From positions 28,080 through 92,079 of the forward strand of contig CAZTZZ010000001.1 in NCBI GenBank assembly GCA_964617905.1: a stretch of 64,000 nt of DNA, written 5' to 3'. This stretch comes from an uncultured Ignavibacteriaceae bacterium. Lineage in GTDB: Bacteria > Bacteroidota > Ignavibacteria > Ignavibacteriales > Ignavibacteriaceae. The position numbers were made by a program, and so were the translations under genes. The number at the start of each line of letters is the position of its first letter. Position 1 is the stretch's first letter. A model generated the notes under the pieces. It made no database searches, was not told the origin of the DNA, and was given only the letters and a program-made list of their open reading frames with translations. Shown here piece by piece: positions 27,928 to 37,038 of the stretch.

Positions 27928-28526
27928 AAGAAAAAATCATCTATATTAGTTCATTCCTAGCTGCTTTTTTGATTGTTACAATGGGGGTTGTTTATTTGAA
28001 TTCTGAATACAAAGATATTTTCCATTTTAAATTTGATAAAATAGAAAAGATAGAACCTAAGGAATCAAAAATAGATACAACCAGCATCCAAATGAGTCAT
28101 CTAAAAGAATTTTTACAGCAGCAATTAAAAAGCTTTGTTCTTGATTCAATAAAAACATATGCAACTAGAACAAAAACAGATACTGTATTTAATGAAGTAG
28201 TGAATGATTCGTCATTAATTGACAGCCTGAAAAATCTAAAAAACAAATTAAAAGAAACAAATTCTGTATTAGCCAAACAGTTTAAAAAATCTAAAAACCT
28301 AGAAAAAATTCTAAATGTAAAACCAGATAGTCTTTATGTTTCTTGGAAAAAAAAGACGGCAAAACTTTACGAAACAATGGATCCCTCGAAGGCTGCTAAA
28401 ATAATTCAGGGTTATTCCGATAATATAGCAAGAGATATAATTTATACAATGAAGCAGAAAAAAGCTGCTGAAGTTTTAGCGGAATTTAATCCAAAAATTG
28501 CTAACAGAATTATGAGAGTTAAATAG
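27924..28526 (+). CDS. YlxF/MotE-family flagellar protein (MgtE_N-like C-terminus)
   Basis: N-terminal TM. C-terminal YETMDPSKAAKIIQGYSDNIARDIIYTMKQKKAAEVLAEFNPKIANRIM. It occupies the fliJ-ylxF-fliK position seen in Bacillus-type operons. Confidence 0.55.
   Translation: MKEKIIYISSFLAAFLIVTMGVVYLNSEYKDIFHFKFDKIEKIEPKESKIDTTSIQMSHLKEFLQQQLKSFVLDSIKTYATRTKTDTVFNEVVNDSSLIDSLKNLKNKLKETNSVLAKQFKKSKNLEKILNVKPDSLYVSWKKKTAKLYETMDPSKAAKIIQGYSDNIARDIIYTMKQKKAAEVLAEFNPKIANRIMRVK
28397..28423 (+). promoter_or_regulatory. Exact sigma-28 motif inside the ylxF-like gene, upstream of fliK
   Basis: TAAA (28397-28400), N15, TCCGATAA (28416-28423). These are the same 12 specified bases as at the flagellin promoter. 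It lies about 105 nt upstream of the fliK ATG. Confidence 0.45.
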
Positions 28527-28527
28527 A

Positions 28528-30696
28528 ATGATGTTCAACCCACTCTTTTTACAAAACAATTTACAAAACTCCTCAAATGGAAATTCTAAACTAACCAAGC
28601 TCAGTAATCCGGCTTATTTGTTCTCAGATATAATTAGGCTATTAAACGATACTTCAAAAGAACAAAACGTAAATGTTTCAAGTGGAAGTATTCAGGAACA
28701 AGGAAATAATAATTTTCTCTTTCCATTGTTAAATGAAAGTACAATTGACGATAGCGAAACTAAAAATCCTAATCAATCAGAAATTATTAATATGGTTGAA
28801 GAATCTGTTTTAAGCAGCGACTCAACTATTGAAATTGCCGGCATAAATGATTCCGATTCATTAAATCTTCTTCCTCCTAAAATAGATTTAGCAGCTTCTT
28901 TAGAAAAAATATTTAATGGTGTGCAAATAAATAAACTTAGTATTAACAATGTGGAATTGCTGAACAATTTAACATCGATATCAAGCATTGATAATGATAA
29001 TGAAAAAAATGAGCTGAATGTAAGCGGTAACCCTCTTAATACGATGGAGAATAATACCCCGGCTTTAAATTTTAACTTATTGAGTAGTGCTGCTTTGAAT
29101 TTTAATGATAAGCAACAATTGCTTATTAAAGTATTTAATTCTGGAAGTGATAAAAACTTAGTTTCAGAGAATCCTGAGATTACTGAAAAAAAATTCCTAA
29201 ATAAAGAAATTGAAAAAATAGCTTCTCTGTTATTTGGACTTTTAACTCAACAGAAAACTGTAACTGCTGAAAGTATTAATCAAGTAATATCTATTGACCC
29301 TGCAAAAGCTAAAACGATAGATGCTGACAATATTAATCAGCTGGATTTAAATGTAAAGGATACAATAATAAATCATCTTAGTTCTAATGAACCATTAATG
29401 TTGAATATTACTGTTGGCGGAGAAAAATTGAAAATTGAGGTTACTTCCGAACCTGTGCAAGAAACAAATAATAATTTAGAAATACCGGATAACTTAAGTG
29501 ATAATAATTTCTCTGTAAATACTGAAAAAACAAACAGTAAAGAAGTAAAAAAATCTATAAAAAATAATATCTTAAAAACTGTAACTCCTGAGACGAATAA
29601 GAAGCAGCTTAAAAAAGTTGATTTGATGAATACGGAAGAAGCTTTTTTAAGTAATAAAGATTCCGATATAAAAACAGAAAAATTAAAACCAGATAAAAAA
29701 TTCATATTAAAGATTATTCAGGAAAATGTTAATGAACATTCCAAAAGTATAAATGCTTTGAAGGAAATGCTCCAAAATATGGGCGTTAAAGAAGATATTG
29801 GAATTAAGATATTAACTCCCGAGAAAAGAAATTTTCGTAAAAATGTAACTCAGTTAATTGATGGATTATTATCAAAAGATAAAAAAGGAATTGTTAAAAC
29901 TAATAACGGTGTGCCTGTAAAAAACAAAATAAGTCAAAATATTCTTAATCAAGAAATCACAACAATTAACGAAATAACGAATGTTGAAAATAAAGTTTCT
30001 GGTGAATTGGTTGAAACAATTGATAAAATAAATCGGAAGTCTTCTGAATCAAAAAAGAAAATCAGTAATACAGAGATTAATTCTAAAAGAGCTGTATTTG
30101 AAAACCAAAACAAAAAAGTAGTTACTGATATTACCGAAACACCTGATAAAAATACCGAACAAGAGAAACAACCTGATAAAAAAGAATTACTAGATTTAAA
30201 ACCAGCCGATAATCATACAAATACGCAAAATCCAGAAATAATAAAAAATGAAAAACCACAAAAAATATTTAAGCTTTTTGGTGAAAATAATATAACGGTT
30301 AAAGCATCCAACTTGTTGAATGAAATATCCCGCTTGTTTGAGAAGGGAGAATCAAAAAGTATTATAATGAAATTAAAACCCGATACTCTCGGTAATGTTA
30401 AAATTGTTTTAGATGTAGTTGATAAAGCTGTTCACGCTAATATCCAAGTAAATAATGAATCCGTGAAACAGATGGTACAGAATAATATGAATACACTTAT
30501 TCAGACTCTTAATTCATCCGGATTACAACTCAGCAGTTTCAATGTATCTTTAAGCAATAATGAAAACAAAGAAAATCAATCCAACGGTCAGAAAAAGAAA
30601 TCTTCAAGTTTGCTCTTTAATCGTGAAATACCTGAAGATAATGATTCAATTAATTCGAAAAGTATGGGATATAATACCTACGACTTTTTAATATAG
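28528..30696 (+). CDS. fliK: Hook-length control protein FliK (long, 722 aa)
   Basis: C-terminal Flg_hook domain IIMKLKPDTLGNVKIVLDVVDKAVHANIQVNNESVKQMVQNNMNTLIQTLNSSGLQLSSFNVSLS. A long Asn/Lys/Ser/Glu-rich low-complexity ruler precedes it. Confidence 0.85.
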   Translation: MMFNPLFLQNNLQNSSNGNSKLTKLSNPAYLFSDIIRLLNDTSKEQNVNVSSGSIQEQGNNNFLFPLLNESTIDDSETKNPNQSEIINMVEESVLSSDSTIEIAGINDSDSLNLLPPKIDLAASLEKIFNGVQINKLSINNVELLNNLTSISSIDNDNEKNELNVSGNPLNTMENNTPALNFNLLSSAALNFNDKQQLLIKVFNSGSDKNLVSENPEITEKKFLNKEIEKIASLLFGLLTQQKTVTAESINQVISIDPAKAKTIDADNINQLDLNVKDTIINHLSSNEPLMLNITVGGEKLKIEVTSEPVQETNNNLEIPDNLSDNNFSVNTEKTNSKEVKKSIKNNILKTVTPETNKKQLKKVDLMNTEEAFLSNKDSDIKTEKLKPDKKFILKIIQENVNEHSKSINALKEMLQNMGVKEDIGIKILTPEKRNFRKNVTQLIDGLLSKDKKGIVKTNNGVPVKNKISQNILNQEITTINEITNVENKVSGELVETIDKINRKSSESKKKISNTEINSKRAVFENQNKKVVTDITETPDKNTEQEKQPDKKELLDLKPADNHTNTQNPEIIKNEKPQKIFKLFGENNITVKASNLLNEISRLFEKGESKSIIMKLKPDTLGNVKIVLDVVDKAVHANIQVNNESVKQMVQNNMNTLIQTLNSSGLQLSSFNVSLSNNENKENQSNGQKKKSSSLLFNREIPEDNDSINSKSMGYNTYDFLI

Positions 30697-30709
30697 GAGA
30701 GATAATAAA

Positions 30710-31399
30710 ATGTTTAACGGAGTAAATACAGTTGCAGCAACCCAGCCAAACAATACAACTCAAAACAAGGGTTCGCTAGGTAAGGATGATTTTATGAAAT
30801 TACTTATACAACAAATGAAACATCAAGATCCGATGAATCCGATGGACGGAACGCAATTTGCCGCTCAGCTAGCTCAATTCAGTTCCTTAGAACAATTGCA
30901 AAATCTCAATTCTTCGATGACCAGCAGTATAAATGCGAATTATTTATTGACTCAATCAATTAATAATACATTGTCTTCAACATTAATTGGAAAGGCTGTT
31001 AAAATCGGTGGCTCCGGATTTAGCAACTCCGGTCAGAATTTAGTACAACTTGGATATAAACTTCCTGCAAATGCATCTACCGTAAGTGTGAATATTTATG
31101 ATGAGAACGGAAATCTTATAAAAACAATTGATGATCTACCAGCTTCAAAGGGAGACCATAAACTTTCCTGGGACTTTTCCGATAATAACGGTAATAAAGT
31201 TCCCAAAGGGAAATATACATTTGAAGTAAAGGCAAAAGATATGTCAGGTAATAATTTAATAACAACATCATATAAATATGGAGTAGTATCAGGAGTACGA
31301 TTCACTAATTCAGGAACTTTATTAGTAGTTGATAATTCAGAATATAACTTCTCTGATATTCTGGAAATAATTAAAGCTGACAGCAAGGGAGGTAATTGA
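30710..31399 (+). CDS. flgD: Hook cap/scaffold protein FlgD
   Basis: LGKDDFMKLLIQQMKHQDPMNPMDGTQFAAQLAQFSSLEQL, plus a C-terminal FlgD Ig-like part (KGDHKLSWDFSDNNGNKVPKGKYTFEV). Confidence 0.92.
   Translation: MFNGVNTVAATQPNNTTQNKGSLGKDDFMKLLIQQMKHQDPMNPMDGTQFAAQLAQFSSLEQLQNLNSSMTSSINANYLLTQSINNTLSSTLIGKAVKIGGSGFSNSGQNLVQLGYKLPANASTVSVNIYDENGNLIKTIDDLPASKGDHKLSWDFSDNNGNKVPKGKYTFEVKAKDMSGNNLITTSYKYGVVSGVRFTNSGTLLVVDNSEYNFSDILEIIKADSKGGN
31159..31185 (+). promoter_or_regulatory. Exact sigma-28 motif inside flgD
   Basis: TAAA (31159-31162), N15, TCCGATAA (31178-31185). This is the third exact copy of the flagellin-type motif. It lies about 210 nt upstream of the next ORF and about 690 nt upstream of flgE. 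Confidence 0.4.
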
Positions 31400-31773
31400 T
31401 GACAGAACTTAACGGTATTAGTGTTCCTTTTATACCGATTACTCAAAATAAAAATTCTAACTCTGTTAAAATAAGGGACAATTCAGATAATTTCAGTAAT
31501 ATATTTCAAGAAGAACTTAGTAAAGTAAAATTTTCAAATCATGCTATGAAGAGACTTGAATCCAGACAGATTCAATTGAGTAATAATGAAATTGATAAGA
31601 TTCAGGAAGCTGTACAGCAAGCGGAACAGAAAGGGTCTAAAGATTCTTTGGTGATGATGAATAGCACTGCATTCATAGTAAATGTACCAAATCGAACTGT
31701 TGTTACGGCATTACCGGTTGAAGAAAATAACGAAAACATTTTTACGAATATTGACAGTGTAGTTTTTACTTAA
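31396..31773 (+). CDS. Flagellar operon protein of the flgD-flgE intergenic family (TIGR02530-like)
   Basis: VKFSNHAMKRLESRQIQLSNNEIDKIQEAVQQAEQKGSKDSLVMMNSTAFIVNVPNRTVVTAL fits my recollection of that family's pattern. An ATGA overlap joins it to flgD. Confidence 0.55.
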   Translation: MMTELNGISVPFIPITQNKNSNSVKIRDNSDNFSNIFQEELSKVKFSNHAMKRLESRQIQLSNNEIDKIQEAVQQAEQKGSKDSLVMMNSTAFIVNVPNRTVVTALPVEENNENIFTNIDSVVFT

Positions 31774-31790
31774 AAATAATAATAAATAAT

Positions 31791-31842
31791 CAAAGCGGGA
31801 CCTTTACAGGGCGCTTTGGAATCGGCTGATTGACTGAAGCCG
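31791..31842 (+). promoter_or_regulatory. Structured flgE 5' leader (two hairpins)
   Basis: Hairpin 1 pairs CAAAGCG (31791-31797) with CGCTTTG (31812-31818). Hairpin 2 pairs CGGCT (31823-31827) with AGCCG (31838-31842). A GGA lies between them (31818-31820) and another in the AGGAGG SD (31863-31868). Confidence 0.3.
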
Positions 31843-31873
31843 TTTCAATAATAGAAAAACCCAGGAGGTTAAA

Positions 31874-33502
31874 ATGGCACTTCTTAACTCACTATTTTCA
31901 GGCGTTTCTGGTCTGCAAAATTTACAAGCAATGATGGATGTTATTGGTAACAATATAGCCAATGTTAATACAATTGGTTTTAAAGGATCCAGAGTTACTT
32001 TTAGCGATACATTTAATCAATTTATTAAAGCAGGTACAAACCCATCGAGTTCAACAGGTGGTACAAACTCATTTCAAATTGGACTTGGAATGAAAGTCAA
32101 TTCTATAGACAGAAATTGGAATCAGGGAACTTTTGAAAGAACAGGTATTACTACTGATCTTGCATTACAAGGTCCCGGAATGTTTATTCTTAAAAGTAAC
32201 GGGCAGCAACTATACTCGCGTGCAGGTGCATTTATTTTTGACGCAGATGGTAAACTTGTAAATCCGCAAAACGGTGCTATAGTACAGGGAAAAGTAGCTG
32301 TAGACGGTCTTATTCCACCAGGAAATACAATTGAAGATGTAAAAGTGGATAAAAATCTTAGAATACCTGCTATTAAAACTACTAATACAAGTTGGGGAGG
32401 TAACCTGCAAAGTAGTTCAGATATTACACAAACAGAAAATATTGTTCAGGGTGGAACAATGGTTCCAGGTACTGCATATCCAAATATTACTTCTAAGGAT
32501 ACAACTATTTATGATAAAAATGGTAATGCATTCACACTTTCATTAAGATATACTGAAACTGCCGCGAATACTTTTGATTTGGATTATCAAATAACAAGTG
32601 ATACTACAGTTTTAAAAGACTGGACTTCACTAGATACTGGGGTCAATATTAATGCAACAAAAGGTCCATCTACGTATAAAATATCTGCATTATCAACAAC
32701 AATATCGGATAAAACAATTGATACAGGTGAGATTAATTTAGATGCTACGGCTGTAAGGACAGGAACTGATGACACGTTAAGTTATATTGTTGATGAAAAC
32801 AGAGTTCCGACAATAAATAATGGTTCTGTAACTGTATTTGATTCCCTGGGTAACTCGCATACTTTAACATTGAAATTTACAAAAACAGATCAAGGTACCT
32901 GGAGGTATAATGCATCTGTACCAACAACGGAAGGAACTGTATCAAATAATACCGGAACAATAATCTTTGATGCAAATGGTACAATACAGTCGATGTCTCC
33001 AAATCCCGCTATTCTTTCTTTTAAACCGTCAGGAGGTGCTGATACTCAGACAATAAAATTAGATTTTGGTTCAGGAACTTCGGGTATAACTCAAACTTCG
33101 TTAAGTTCACAAGTAGCTGCTCTAACCCAAAATGGTTCGGCTTCAGCATCACTTTCTAATATAAATATTGATCAATTTGGTAAGATAGAAGGAATTTTTT
33201 CTAACGGGCAATCCAGAGAATTAGCACAAATTATGGTTTCTACATTCAAAAACTTGAACGGTTTAGTTAGTGTTGGAGATAATATGTACAATGTTGCTGC
33301 AAACTCAGGAGATCCTAGAATTGAAGCTCCGGGTGAAATTTCTAATACTACAATACAGTCTGGTGCACTGGAACAATCTAATGTAGATTTATCAGAAGAA
33401 TTTACAAAAATGATTGTTTCTCAAAGAGGATTTCAAGCAAATGCCAGGGTTGTAACTACTGCGGATCAACTTTTGCAGGAAATTACAAGTTTGGTAAGAT
33501 AG
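31874..33502 (+). CDS. flgE: Hook protein FlgE
   Basis: MALLNSLFSGVSGLQNLQAMMDVIGNNIANVNTIGFKGSRVTF and C-terminal IQSGALEQSNVDLSEEFTKMIVSQRGFQANARVVTTADQLLQEI. Confidence 0.95.
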   Translation: MALLNSLFSGVSGLQNLQAMMDVIGNNIANVNTIGFKGSRVTFSDTFNQFIKAGTNPSSSTGGTNSFQIGLGMKVNSIDRNWNQGTFERTGITTDLALQGPGMFILKSNGQQLYSRAGAFIFDADGKLVNPQNGAIVQGKVAVDGLIPPGNTIEDVKVDKNLRIPAIKTTNTSWGGNLQSSSDITQTENIVQGGTMVPGTAYPNITSKDTTIYDKNGNAFTLSLRYTETAANTFDLDYQITSDTTVLKDWTSLDTGVNINATKGPSTYKISALSTTISDKTIDTGEINLDATAVRTGTDDTLSYIVDENRVPTINNGSVTVFDSLGNSHTLTLKFTKTDQGTWRYNASVPTTEGTVSNNTGTIIFDANGTIQSMSPNPAILSFKPSGGADTQTIKLDFGSGTSGITQTSLSSQVAALTQNGSASASLSNINIDQFGKIEGIFSNGQSRELAQIMVSTFKNLNGLVSVGDNMYNVAANSGDPRIEAPGEISNTTIQSGALEQSNVDLSEEFTKMIVSQRGFQANARVVTTADQLLQEITSLVR

Positions 33503-33523
33503 CACCCACAACACCCACCAAAT

Positions 33524-33560
33524 AAAGGGAGTACTTCTAAGCGGTACTCCTTTTTCTTTT
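33524..33560 (+). terminator. Rho-independent terminator after flgE
   Basis: GGGAGTAC, a 9-nt loop, then GTACTCC, running into TTTTTCTTTT. Confidence 0.8.
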
Positions 33561-33639
33561 AAAATCGACCATGTGTAGAATAATAACCAACCCTTATTGA
33601 AAAAAACTTCCATATTTATAAAATATTCTAATTATTTAT

Positions 33640-33654
33640 TGGCATATCAATTGA
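33640..33654 (+). promoter_or_regulatory. Candidate sigma-54 promoter upstream of fliL (non-canonical -12)
   Basis: TGGCAT-ATCAA-TTGA has the same architecture as the flgB site. It ends 28 nt upstream of the fliL ATG and lies downstream of the flgE terminator. Confidence 0.4.
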
Positions 33655-33681
33655 TTCAAGAATTAAAAAAAACAAAGTATT

Positions 33682-34236
33682 ATGCCATTACAAGAAGAAG
33701 AAAAATTAGAACAAAAAAACCCGGAAGAATTAGAGATAGATGAAAAAAAATCTTCTTTGAATATGAAGATATTAATGTTTGGACTTCCGGCTTTTATCGT
33801 ACAATTAATTATTGTCTACTTTATCACCGCAAATATTTTGGTTAAAAGATTTCAAAGCCAAAAAATTACAAAAGATAATGTGACAGAAGTTAAACAGGTT
33901 GAAACTGATGAAGATGAACCACAGGTTGAATTAGGAAAGTTTATCTATTCGATTCTTGACATAATTGTAAATCCCGCAAATACGGATGGTAAAAGATTAT
34001 TGTTAACCAATGTTGGCTTGGATGTAGGGCAAGAAGAAATGATTGAGAAACTTAAAAAAAGTGAAGCACTTGTAAAGGATGTAATTATATCAACTTTATC
34101 CAGTAAAGATATTGTAGCACTAAACAATACAGCATACAGGGACACATTAAAGATGGAAATTTCCGGTAGGCTGGCAAAACTTATTCCTGATATAAAAATA
34201 AACAGAGTTTATTTCAGTAAATATATAATTCAATAA
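33682..34236 (+). CDS. fliL: Basal-body-associated protein FliL
   Basis: Single TM (ILMFGLPAFIVQLIIVYFI), then ILDIIVNPANTDGKRLLLTNVGLDV..VKDVIISTLSSKDIVAL..LKMEISGRL. Confidence 0.85.
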   Translation: MPLQEEEKLEQKNPEELEIDEKKSSLNMKILMFGLPAFIVQLIIVYFITANILVKRFQSQKITKDNVTEVKQVETDEDEPQVELGKFIYSILDIIVNPANTDGKRLLLTNVGLDVGQEEMIEKLKKSEALVKDVIISTLSSKDIVALNNTAYRDTLKMEISGRLAKLIPDIKINRVYFSKYIIQ

Positions 34237-34242
34237 AACACT

Positions 34243-35229
34243 ATGGCTGAAGTTCTATCACAACAGGAAATTGACCAACTATTAAATAAGGTTAAAAGCG
34301 GAGAAGAACAAAATCCTGCTCAACCGGTGGAAAAAGAAGCTATCCTCTTTGATTTTCGACTTCCAAACAGAATATCAAAGAATCAACTTAGAACAATAAG
34401 AAACATTAATGAAACTTTCGCAGAAGGATTTTCCGGATTTTTGGTTTCCAAACTTCAAAGCATAGTTAATATTAATGTTACTTCAATTGATCAGATATAT
34501 TATTCGGAATATATATTATCAGTGTCAAATCCTGCCTGTTTATATACTTTTGAAATAAGGAATACCGATATAAAGGGAATACTTGAATTGAATTTGGATT
34601 TCTCATATGCACTTGTTGACAGGTTGTTAGGCGGCAATGGAGAAGGTTCAAAACAAAGCAATGTAATTACAACTATTGAGCAGAAAGTACTTGGTGTAAT
34701 TGCAGAGAGAGTAATGCTGGAATTAAAGAAAGCCTGGCAAATGGTGGATAATTTCGATTTTAAAGTTGAAAAATTTGAATCTGATATAGATTTCGCGCAG
34801 ATAACATCACAGAATGAGTCCGTGCTTTTAATTTCATTTGAAATAATGATTGGCGAAAAATCATATATGATGAATCTTTGTTTTGCTACTTTTGCTTTTG
34901 ATATTATCCTTTCAAAACTTTCTTCACAAAAGATGACTGCAATAAGACCCACAAGATATGCTGATACAACATCCAGTGAAATATTAACAAATCATTTATA
35001 TAAAACTAACTTACCGGTTACTGTAGAATTTGGTGTATCAAAATTAACCGTGCAGGATATTTTGGAATTACAAAAAGACGACGTTTTTAAGTTGGAGACA
35101 TTGATAAGTGATGAACAGAGTGTAAAAGTAGGAAATAAAATACTTTTTTATGGAAGGACAGGAATTGTTAACGGTCATAAAGCTATAAAAGTTACAAGAA
35201 AAATTGATATAAATAATAAAACAGAATAG
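34243..35229 (+). CDS. fliM: Switch protein FliM
   Basis: N-terminal CheY-P-binding peptide EVLSQQEIDQLL, then ILFDFRLPNRISK, and a C-terminal SpoA-like domain. Confidence 0.93.
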   Translation: MAEVLSQQEIDQLLNKVKSGEEQNPAQPVEKEAILFDFRLPNRISKNQLRTIRNINETFAEGFSGFLVSKLQSIVNINVTSIDQIYYSEYILSVSNPACLYTFEIRNTDIKGILELNLDFSYALVDRLLGGNGEGSKQSNVITTIEQKVLGVIAERVMLELKKAWQMVDNFDFKVEKFESDIDFAQITSQNESVLLISFEIMIGEKSYMMNLCFATFAFDIILSKLSSQKMTAIRPTRYADTTSSEILTNHLYKTNLPVTVEFGVSKLTVQDILELQKDDVFKLETLISDEQSVKVGNKILFYGRTGIVNGHKAIKVTRKIDINNKTE

Positions 35230-35237
35230 GCACTTAA

Positions 35238-35666
35238 ATGGAAGAAAAAGATTCTCAAGAAAACTTAACACCCGAAAACGGAAAAAGTACAGAACCCGAA
35301 GAAATAAATGATAACGGGAAAGATGAATCACAGGAATCAACAGTTGCTACAACTGTAGCTGAATTTGAAGAATTTGATGAATCTAAAATAAAAGATCTGG
35401 GCTCAAATGAAAAGTTGGAATTTCTTAAAGACCTTCAGCTGAATGTATATATTGAGTTGGGAAGGACACAAATGCAGATAAAAGAAATTCTTGAACTTGA
35501 AAGAGGTTATGTAATTGAAGTTGACAAGTTAGCGAGCGAACCTGTGGATATCTATGTAAATAATAAAAAAATTGCAGAGGGTGAGGTTGTTGTAATTGAC
35601 AAGCATTTCGGGATAAGGATTACAAATCTTAATGAAGTAAATAACAGGCTGAAAGGATTATATTAA
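35238..35666 (+). CDS. fliN: Switch protein FliN
   Basis: LQLNVYIELGRTQMQIKEILELERGYVIEVDKLASEPVDIYVNNKKIAEGEVVVIDKHFGIRITNL is a SpoA domain. The N-terminus is acidic and there is no CheC-like domain. Confidence 0.9.
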   Translation: MEEKDSQENLTPENGKSTEPEEINDNGKDESQESTVATTVAEFEEFDESKIKDLGSNEKLEFLKDLQLNVYIELGRTQMQIKEILELERGYVIEVDKLASEPVDIYVNNKKIAEGEVVVIDKHFGIRITNLNEVNNRLKGLY

Positions 35667-36013
35667 TGCAGATTATGGACATTGTAACAGCTGTTATTCC
35701 GCTTTTAGTAATAGTTGTGTTATTGTACGGTGTATTATTTTTTATAAAAAAATATGGTATAAAATTTAACAAAAACAAAAGCGGTGCTGTTTTAATAAAG
35801 GTAATCAGCTCTCAAATGATAATGCCAAAAAAATTTATATCTGTTGTAAAAGTTGAAGATAAACTTTTGGTTCTGGGAATAAGTGAGAATTCAATAACAC
35901 TGCTTAAGGAAATGGATGATAAAATAACACCAAATGATAAAACAGGTAATGAAGCAGAAAAGAATAATTTTTTTGATTTATTAAAGAAAAACCTGGGAAT
36001 TAAACATAAATGA
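35666..36013 (+). CDS. fliO: Export apparatus accessory protein FliO/FliZ
   Basis: 115 aa, single N-terminal TM, positioned between fliN and fliP, with overlapping stop/start codons. Confidence 0.65.
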   Translation: MQIMDIVTAVIPLLVIVVLLYGVLFFIKKYGIKFNKNKSGAVLIKVISSQMIMPKKFISVVKVEDKLLVLGISENSITLLKEMDDKITPNDKTGNEAEKNNFFDLLKKNLGIKHK

Positions 36014-36768
36014 AGAAAACATTGATATTAATAATCCTGGTTTTAGTTTTATCCAGTCCAGCTCTTTTATCAGCTCAACCGTCAACTCCGTTAACATTAC
36101 CAAAGGTTGGTATAACAATTGGGTCTTCAAATAATCCCGGAGATGTATCTACAACATTACAAATACTTTTACTTATAACAGTATTGTCTCTTGCCCCTGC
36201 ATTGATGATAATGACCACATCTTATCTGAGAATTATTATAGTGTTTCACTTTCTCCGTTCAGCCCTTGGCACACAACAAATGCCACCAAACCAATTAGTT
36301 GCCGGAATTACTTTGTTCATTACTTTCTTTATTATGGCACCTACTTGGAATAATGTAAATGAGCAGGCATTAAAGCCGCTAATGGATGGAAAAATAACTG
36401 CCCAGCAAGCCTACGATAAAGGGATCGAACCTGTAAGAGATTTTATGTTTCGAAATGTAAGAAACGAAGATGTGGAATTATTTATTGGTATGGCTAATCT
36501 TAGCAGACCAAATAAAAGAAAAGACCTTCCCACTTATGTTGTTATTCCTGCTTTTGTGCTAAGCGAATTAAGAGCAGGTTTTATTATAGGTTTTTTCCTT
36601 TTCATTCCATTTATAATGATTGATATGATTATTGCAAGTATATTAATGTCTATGGGTATGATGATGCTGCCACCAACATTGATATCATTACCTTTTAAAA
36701 TATTGTTATTCATTTTAGTAGACGGTTGGCGCCTAATAATAGGATCAGTAGTAAGGAGCTTTTCATAA
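36010..36768 (+). CDS. fliP: Export gate protein FliP
   Basis: Signal peptide, then MTTSYLRIIIVFHFLRSALGTQQMPPNQ as the FliP signature. Confidence 0.95.
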   Translation: MKKTLILIILVLVLSSPALLSAQPSTPLTLPKVGITIGSSNNPGDVSTTLQILLLITVLSLAPALMIMTTSYLRIIIVFHFLRSALGTQQMPPNQLVAGITLFITFFIMAPTWNNVNEQALKPLMDGKITAQQAYDKGIEPVRDFMFRNVRNEDVELFIGMANLSRPNKRKDLPTYVVIPAFVLSELRAGFIIGFFLFIPFIMIDMIIASILMSMGMMMLPPTLISLPFKILLFILVDGWRLIIGSVVRSFS

Positions 36769-37038
36769 ATGACAGAAGAAATTGTAATAGAAATTTTAAA
36801 AGAATCCTTTTATACAACTTTTATAATATTGTTGCCCATTTTAAGTGTCGGATTGATACTCGGTATTTCAATATCAATTTTTCAAGCAGCAACTTCAATT
36901 CAGGAAATGACGCTTACTTTTGTACCTAAAATTATGGTAACAATGATAGCAATTATCTTTTTGCTCCCTTGGATGATGGAAAAAATAATTTCTTTTACTA
37001 CTAAAATTTTAACAATGTTTAATACTGTATTAAAATGA
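36769..37038 (+). CDS. fliQ: Export gate protein FliQ
   Basis: 89 aa, two TM segments, between fliP and fliR. Confidence 0.9.
   Translation: MTEEIVIEILKESFYTTFIILLPILSVGLILGISISIFQAATSIQEMTLTFVPKIMVTMIAIIFLLPWMMEKIISFTTKILTMFNTVLK

Noticed and set aside
30205-30212. Perfect GCCGATAA -10-type octamers inside fliK (30205) and inside the REC-DHp gene (61061). TCCGATAA octamers lie in flgF (48277), flgN (52549) and cheA (18734).
   Set aside because: None has TAAA or a close variant 14-16 nt upstream. Without a -35 element they are most simply coding-sequence coincidences.
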